A DNA stretch of 64,000 nucleotides from an archaeon (GTDB taxonomy: Archaea > Nanobdellota > Nanobdellia > Pacearchaeales > DTIR01), in assembly GCA_043808285.1 (NCBI GenBank), contig JAZDFA010000015.1, forward strand, positions 46,085 through 110,084, given 5' to 3'. A model generated the notes under the pieces. It was not told the origin of the DNA. It saw only the letters and a list, made by a program, of their open reading frames with translations, and ran no database searches. Position numbers and translations under genes: made by a program. Below are positions 57,895 through 64,000 of this stretch, piece by piece (positions within the stretch are counted from its first letter, which is position 1; every line of letters starts with the position of its first letter).

Positions 57895-59094
57895 ATGATT
57901 TTAGAGTTATTGATCCCAATTATTTTAGGCATATTTGCTGGAATATTTACAGGCTTAATGCCAGGAATACATATTAATCTTATCTCAATGATGCTCCTTC
58001 TTTACTATAATAAAATCTCTTCTTTCTTTGAGCCATTGCCTATTGCGTCTTTTATTGTTTCTATGTCAATAACTCACTCTTTTCTAGATTTTATTCCTAG
58101 TATATTCTTATCTGCTCCAAATTCCCAAACTGCATTGTCTGTAATGCCGGGACATAAACTTCTATTGAATGGAAAAGGGTATGCCGCTACAATGCTTGCA
58201 GTAAAGGGTTGTTTTGTGGGAGTAATCCTTCTTATTATCACAACTCCAATATTCATATTTTCTATGCCTTTAATTTATGACTTCATCAAAAGATTTATGG
58301 CGCCAATATTAATTGGGTCTGTAGTTTTTCTTATTCTGGGGGAAAGAAAAATTATCTGGGCTTCTCTGCTCTTTATTATTTCAGGATTGCTGGGAGTAAT
58401 CTCCTTTAACATGCAGATTAATGAACCTTTATTCCCCTTGCTTACTGGTTTGTTTGGCACTTCTATGCTTGTTGCAAGCATAAGCGAAAAGACGAAAGTG
58501 CCTAGCCAAAAGATAAGTACAATAAGATTATCTATAAAAGAGGTATTCAAATCCTCTTTTTCAGGAGTAATTGGCTCATCATTATGTAGTTTTCTTCCAG
58601 GCCTTGGAGCCTCCCAGGCAGCAGTAATTGCTTCAGACATTAATGGCAAAACAAACTCTAAAAGTTTTCTATTTCTAATTGGGCTAATAAGCACATTAGT
58701 TACCGGGCTCAATTTTGTTGCAATATATGCAATAAACAAACCAAGAAGCGGCGTTGCAATTGCAGTGTCTAAAATAGTTCCTAGCTTGGGGATATTTCAA
58801 CTGGAAGTTTTACTTGCTTCATGCTTTATTTCAGCAGTAATCTCATTTTATTTGGCAATTTACTTCTCTAAAATATTTGCAAGAAACATCTCAAAGATAG
58901 AATATAGCTCCATCTCAAAATCTATCTTAATCTTTTTGATATTAATGACCTTCTTAATTTCAGGATTAGAGGGGATTATCATATTAATTACTGGCACTAT
59001 AATAGGAGTTTTAGCAATCAAACAAGGAATAAGAAAAATGCACCTTATGGGCTGTATAATGCTGCCAGTAATAACCTATTTTTTAAGCAATTAA
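57895..59094 (+). CDS. TctA-family (archaeal DUF112) membrane protein
   Basis: GLMPGIHIN, THSFLDFIPSIFL.AP, SVMPGH, LPGLG. Confidence 0.85.
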   Translation: MILELLIPIILGIFAGIFTGLMPGIHINLISMMLLLYYNKISSFFEPLPIASFIVSMSITHSFLDFIPSIFLSAPNSQTALSVMPGHKLLLNGKGYAATMLAVKGCFVGVILLIITTPIFIFSMPLIYDFIKRFMAPILIGSVVFLILGERKIIWASLLFIISGLLGVISFNMQINEPLFPLLTGLFGTSMLVASISEKTKVPSQKISTIRLSIKEVFKSSFSGVIGSSLCSFLPGLGASQAAVIASDINGKTNSKSFLFLIGLISTLVTGLNFVAIYAINKPRSGVAIAVSKIVPSLGIFQLEVLLASCFISAVISFYLAIYFSKIFARNISKIEYSSISKSILIFLILMTFLISGLEGIIILITGTIIGVLAIKQGIRKMHLMGCIMLPVITYFLSN

Positions 59095-62000
59095 TTTGCA
59101 AACCATTTCTGCAAAGCTTCCTGTTTTTCCATTTCTCTTCCAAATATGCTTTCTATGTATTTTTTAGTTAATTCTAAATTTTGTTTTACGTAGGGTGGAA
59201 CATTATACTTTTGCGCAAGAGATAATGCAGGTTCAAGATATTTAGTTATGCCTCCCTGAGAAATTGTAAAAATTATTTTTCCCCCGCAGTTAGAACATGT
59301 TCCTTGCAATGGGGGTCTTCTGAATTTTTCATTGCATTTTACACATCTAAATTCCTGGGTACTAAATTTTCTTAGATTTCCTCTGATATCCCTTATAAGA
59401 TGCCTCTCAATTATTAGTCTTGCAACATCTGTTGTATCTACTGCCCTTATCTTCTCTACAAGCTCCATTTGTTTTTGAACTTTTTCCTGCATAGTTGGAA
59501 TTTTTTTGTATGCAGAGCAAGTTACTCCATCATTGATATTTGTTGTTTCATGAGTATAATTAATATTTTTAAATACCCCAAATTCATCTGATAACTTGTC
59601 TTTAATTTGATCTATCTTAACGCTCCATGCAGGTTTGAATATCTCTCCCCCCTCATAAAGTTCTAAAGGAAATTCTTTTACTGTCTCTATATCAAATATC
59701 ATGTCATCCACCTCTCCCGCCCTTAATCTTGAGTTCAGTACCAGAGGCGCGTCTTGTGTGCCTCCCCTATGTGCTGGGAGGAATTCTCTAGAAAAATTGA
59801 GAAGCATGTCTAAAAGTAACATCACTGCCGCCTCATCTCCATCACAATCTCTCCTCATTGCTGCATGTATATATGGAGAGGCCAATAAAGCCTGCATCTT
59901 ACTAAATCCGATTATTCTCCCTACAACTGCTGCAGAATTATGCGGAGCTATGCATCCAACAAGATGCCCGCATAAATCCTCTCTTGATTTCAAATCATAA
60001 AAAGGCTTTAATCCGTAAAATCTTACAAGAAGATTATCTATGAACTTTGCAATATTTGCAAAAACAATATCTGCATTCTCATCCAGGCTATCTGGACAAA
60101 TCGGAAGTATTATGTCATGAGGCTTCAATTCCAAAATTTGATTTTCATCCTTAAGAGGGGCATTGTTCATATCCTGATTATAACCCATCTCTTTTAATTT
60201 CTGTATGCTTGTTCCAATCTCTAATGGCTTAAAATGAGTTATCGGAAGCTCTGTTGCATCATACCTTATCGTGCCGTCTTTGTTTACGTTTAATCCAAAG
60301 ATAGCCCTTAAAACCCCTTTGCCTAAATGCTCCGGAGTATGCTGCAAAGAACTGGTCCCTTTTACCCCCTTAATCAACTCTGGCACTTCTATTTTTTGAA
60401 GGTTTAATTGTCTTGATGCAGCATCCAGATAATGATTTAAGTCTATTCTTTTTGTCATAAAATCTTGTGCTTTTCCATGTATGTGGCAGGATTCTGAGTT
60501 TAATTTGCGGTCACAATCTTTGCAATAATACATTTTTCTTGTTTTGCTATTGCAGTTTTCACAAACAAAATAAATAGTTTCAAGGTTGCATTTATCGCAG
60601 AAATAAATAGGAAACTCTGCCTTTACATTAGTTTCACACGCTTCTTGAACACTCCTCATCCTGCCTCCTGCTTCTCCTACTGGAAAAAGGACATGAGGAT
60701 TCCCCGTAAGCTTTCTCATCTTTGCTTTTTCTGGTCTGCCCATTCTTGCACCAATAAAAGATCCTGCGCGGTCTCTTATCTTAAATTTAGAAATTGTGTT
60801 TACTATCTCCAATAAATTTTTATCGGGATTATTTTTTATTATCTCTATTACTTCTTTTATTTTTTCAATGGAATATTCTTTAGGTTCTATTCCCAGATTA
60901 ATAAGAAATGCTGAGGATTCCTCCTCCTTTACTACGAAATCCTCTGTTGCAGCTATATGTTCTACCCCTAAAATTTCCAAAGCTCTTTTTGCATTATTAA
61001 ATTTTTCATTATGGGGTAAAATAAATTTCTCTTCAAATCTGGATTCAAGAATCCATTCTAAAATTAAGTTAAATTGAAGAGGAGTTATTTGAGACCAATA
61101 AAAAATAAATTGAGGATGTAATGGAATGGCATACTCCTTACTTAGTTCAATTGCTTTTTCTAAATTTACTTTGTATGGGTCTACAGAAATAGATGTTTTG
61201 CTCTTCAGTTCGGCAGCCCAATAACCCTCATTGTAACCGCAAGGCATTAAAACATGGTTCCTATTAAAAAAATCTCCATAGCTGATTAATATATCTCCTA
61301 CATAAACTATCTCTTTTATATCCTTTCTGATCTTTTCTGCTTGGATAGTCGTCTTTAGTTTTATCAAACTTCCGTCAGACAGCTTCACAATTGGGCCTTC
61401 TATCCCATCGCAGGAAACTATTGCCGCTGATTTTCCAGGCCTTTCCATTCTAAATTGAGAACCCAGTGCAATAAAATCATCAAAAGCGATCATTGTAGCT
61501 GGATGAATTGCTGCAGCACTATATCCTGTTGTTCTTGTTCTTCCATATCTGAGCCTAAATCCTCCAGCTCTCGAAGGGTGAGATAACACTGGTCTTCCTG
61601 CAACTAAATCTTGTATGTACTTATCGGAAGGAGAAGGCTTGGTATCTGCCATTACCTTCTTTTGAAGTTTTGCTATATCTTGCAAAAAATCCCATGAAGA
61701 AAGTTTGAGTCCTTTTTCATTCAGCCCTTTTACAATCTTTATAAGCTTAGCACACTTTTGTGCAATTCCTTCTGCAAGAACAAGGCAAATGCCACTTCTT
61801 ATGCAATTAGTTTCTATTCTTTGCAAATCCTTATAATTTGAAACCTCCTTTTCTTCTGAGGGCTCTCCAGTTACCTGCACTGGAATATTTGAAGCAAGTA
61901 TTTCTACTTCTTTTTCACTTGGAAGATACTGCAAATTAGTCACTCTTTCATGATAATCTTGTATTTCTGTAATTGTCCTCTTCACTTCCTCTGGTGTAGG

Positions 62001-62528
62001 GTCATATTTGGCATATCCAAATCTCTCTCTAAGATAATCTGCGATTACAACAGAAAAAGCTGCAGCTGTTCCTCCTGCACTTCTTATAGGCCCGGAAAAA
62101 TATATCGCAAAATAGTCTTCCCCAGAAGCAGTTTTCTTCAATTTTAATTCTGTGAATCCTTCCAGAGGGGAAGAGACCACACCCAGAGTGCTATATGCTA
62201 TGCCTATCCTTATTGCTGCATCCATAGCTTCTATTTTATCCTTGAACTTACAAAATTTTTCTAATGAAATCTCCTCTGCAATTTTAATGGCAACTGCAGG
62301 ATTAAGTAAACCATGTTCCTTCTCTAGTTCTACTATCCTTCTTTCTATTGCTTCATCTTTTACTTGGGGATATTTTATTGAAACAAGTCCTGTAACTTTT
62401 TCAGAAAGTCTTGTAGCAAGAGAAATCTCTACTGTTGACTTGGGGTCTAATCCCTTTGCCCTGGCTTCTTCTGCAATACTATATGCTACTTTTACCTTTC
62501 TTTCTAACTCTGTGAAATATTGCTGCAT
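59091..62528 (-). CDS. polC: DNA polymerase D large subunit DP2
   Basis: GPIRSAGGTA, GGFRLRYGR, RMGRPEK, KDGTIRYD, RRDCDGDE, C-terminal zinc finger; no intein. Confidence 0.97.
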   Translation of the reverse strand: MQQYFTELERKVKVAYSIAEEARAKGLDPKSTVEISLATRLSEKVTGLVSIKYPQVKDEAIERRIVELEKEHGLLNPAVAIKIAEEISLEKFCKFKDKIEAMDAAIRIGIAYSTLGVVSSPLEGFTELKLKKTASGEDYFAIYFSGPIRSAGGTAAAFSVVIADYLRERFGYAKYDPTPEEVKRTITEIQDYHERVTNLQYLPSEKEVEILASNIPVQVTGEPSEEKEVSNYKDLQRIETNCIRSGICLVLAEGIAQKCAKLIKIVKGLNEKGLKLSSWDFLQDIAKLQKKVMADTKPSPSDKYIQDLVAGRPVLSHPSRAGGFRLRYGRTRTTGYSAAAIHPATMIAFDDFIALGSQFRMERPGKSAAIVSCDGIEGPIVKLSDGSLIKLKTTIQAEKIRKDIKEIVYVGDILISYGDFFNRNHVLMPCGYNEGYWAAELKSKTSISVDPYKVNLEKAIELSKEYAIPLHPQFIFYWSQITPLQFNLILEWILESRFEEKFILPHNEKFNNAKRALEILGVEHIAATEDFVVKEEESSAFLINLGIEPKEYSIEKIKEVIEIIKNNPDKNLLEIVNTISKFKIRDRAGSFIGARMGRPEKAKMRKLTGNPHVLFPVGEAGGRMRSVQEACETNVKAEFPIYFCDKCNLETIYFVCENCNSKTRKMYYCKDCDRKLNSESCHIHGKAQDFMTKRIDLNHYLDAASRQLNLQKIEVPELIKGVKGTSSLQHTPEHLGKGVLRAIFGLNVNKDGTIRYDATELPITHFKPLEIGTSIQKLKEMGYNQDMNNAPLKDENQILELKPHDIILPICPDSLDENADIVFANIAKFIDNLLVRFYGLKPFYDLKSREDLCGHLVGCIAPHNSAAVVGRIIGFSKMQALLASPYIHAAMRRDCDGDEAAVMLLLDMLLNFSREFLPAHRGGTQDAPLVLNSRLRAGEVDDMIFDIETVKEFPLELYEGGEIFKPAWSVKIDQIKDKLSDEFGVFKNINYTHETTNINDGVTCSAYKKIPTMQEKVQKQMELVEKIRAVDTTDVARLIIERHLIRDIRGNLRKFSTQEFRCVKCNEKFRRPPLQGTCSNCGGKIIFTISQGGITKYLEPALSLAQKYNVPPYVKQNLELTKKYIESIFGREMEKQEALQKWFAN

Positions 62529-62529
62529 T

Positions 62530-63177
62530 TTATGCCCTCAAAATTTTATTTATTTCTTTAAAATCATCTATACAATACCTTGCACTTTTTGTAGTCCTGT
62601 CGGTTTTAGGATTGAATGCAATTGGCAATCCTACTCTTTCAAAACAAGATATATCATTTTCGTTGTCTCCTATAAAACAAATGCTGTCTAGAGAGATATT
62701 CAAACCATCTGAAATCTCCTTCAGTTTATCTGCTTTCCCCCATAGTTTCACTCTGGAATCATAAGTGCCATCAAATAATTCATTTTTATGATTTAATATA
62801 AATGATAATGCAAAATTCATGTTAAGCTCTTCTCTTGCAGCCTCTGCAACAAAGCTGATTCCCGTGGTTAATATCCCTCGAATATATTTAGTGCTCAAAT
62901 CTTTGAAAAAAGGCTTTACGCCTTTAGAATAAGGTATTGGAAACAGATTTTCTATTCCTTTCTTGATTGGAAGGCCCTTAAGAAGACCAACCAATTTATC
63001 TGTCCATTCATTCTCCAATTCTTTCTTATCATGATAATAATCCCATAAGTCCATGTTCTCTTTTTGCAATCCATACCCTTGATATAATGCATCCCATGTG
63101 CTTTTGAATTGGCCTTTTTCATAATGGACAATGGTGCCATCCATATCACTAATGATCATTCTTATTTTGTTTTTCAT
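62530..63177 (-). CDS. HAD-superfamily phosphatase (SerB-like)
   Basis: SDMDGTI, LTTG, K, IGDNENDI, AFNP. Confidence 0.85.
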   Translation of the reverse strand: MKNKIRMIISDMDGTIVHYEKGQFKSTWDALYQGYGLQKENMDLWDYYHDKKELENEWTDKLVGLLKGLPIKKGIENLFPIPYSKGVKPFFKDLSTKYIRGILTTGISFVAEAAREELNMNFALSFILNHKNELFDGTYDSRVKLWGKADKLKEISDGLNISLDSICFIGDNENDISCFERVGLPIAFNPKTDRTTKSARYCIDDFKEINKILRA

Positions 63178-63179
63178 TT

Positions 63180-64000
63180 TTATTCTGTAAAATCTAATAT
63201 GTTCACTTGCCCTGTTTTCATATTTAGTATTGGTACCTTGCAGGGATCTGGCTCGTTTCCGACCTTTTCTTCATAAGGAGTAATACTTTGCCAACAAGAG
63301 CATGCTATTGTCAGGATGTTATTGTACGAAGAAACATCAGTTTTATGCATTTCTCCAGTTGTGATTATGTCTGGGATTATTAGAATTGCAAGAGGGTCTG
63401 AGATTTCTGTAGGAATATAGACTACTGAGGAATGTGTTGGAGAAAGATGCCTTCTTTTCAATACATGTTTAACTACCTTCGAAGGGCAATGATGAGCATT
63501 TGTTAGCCTTAATTCTTCTATATCACTTATAAGACTGTGGAAGGAGGCACCATGATACATCAAAACTTTTAATCCTGAAAAAGAAGCAGTTGATCCTATG
63601 TTTATTAATGCAGGATTGCTTACAAGAATAAGATTCTCTATATTATGGAGAGGTTCTGCAAAGTGTTTGTCTATAGGTGGTTGGGGTTCTGCAACTCTTA
63701 CAGAGTCGTGCTGGCCAGGAGACATTATTATCTTTACATCTTTTCTTATTTTACTCAGATAGCTTGCAAGAAGTTCATATTGCCTCTTGATATCTTTTAT
63801 CGAAAGAAAATTCTCTTGATTAGGATAAATTCCTATCCCGTCAACAGTATCGCCTACTATAAAGAGGTATTTCACTTTTTTTGCTAATTCTCTTTGGGAT
63901 TCAGAACCGATCTCTCCATTAAGCCATTTTATAAATTTAGCGAAATTTGCTTCTAAAAACCTTGTTGAGCCTACGTGAATATCTGAAGTAAATGCCGCAT
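63180..64000 (-). CDS. polB: DNA polymerase D small subunit DP1, C-terminal part; frame open to window end
   Basis: SDIHVGS, GDTVDGIGIYP.Q, PGQHD, YHG, RRHLSPTH, SCWQ. Confidence 0.95.
   Translation of the reverse strand, partial: AAFTSDIHVGSTRFLEANFAKFIKWLNGEIGSESQRELAKKVKYLFIVGDTVDGIGIYPNQENFLSIKDIKRQYELLASYLSKIRKDVKIIMSPGQHDSVRVAEPQPPIDKHFAEPLHNIENLILVSNPALINIGSTASFSGLKVLMYHGASFHSLISDIEELRLTNAHHCPSKVVKHVLKRRHLSPTHSSVVYIPTEISDPLAILIIPDIITTGEMHKTDVSSYNNILTIACSCWQSITPYEEKVGNEPDPCKVPILNMKTGQVNILDFTE

Noticed and set aside
59091..62528. Intein in DP2
   Set aside because: The usual insertion region (RRDCDGDE) is uninterrupted and the length is normal.

Overview
AT-rich archaeal chromosome segment. 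The PolD DP1/DP2 genes, archaeal ribosomal/RNAP operon, Rpp21, TATA-box promoters close to start codons and compact gene set point to a DPANN lineage, probably Pacearchaeota/Woesearchaeota-like (inference). Positions ~1-41,200 are a large surface-glycan locus: GT2, GT4 and GT-C transferases, an Alg14/Alg13-type pair, nucleotide-sugar enzymes, a flippase, AsnB, methyltransferases, nine intact radical SAM genes (four with a B12-binding domain), several gene remnants, and secF/secD embedded among the sugar genes. Positions ~41,300-64,000 are core genome: four tRNAs, a stand-alone 5S rRNA, the rpl21e-rpoF-rps13-rps4-rps11-rpoD-rpl18e-rpl13-rps9-rpoN cluster, XPF, uppS, tyrS and PolD. Most notable: a tRNA-Leu with an AAG (A34) anticodon, which is exceptional for archaea; the radical-SAM-rich glycan locus; nested palindromic mini-elements flanking a GDP-sugar gene; a full-length Xer-like recombinase with nearly all catalytic residues replaced; and a PlsC-like acyltransferase plus a patatin. 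All calls come from motif reading by eye; no searches were run.
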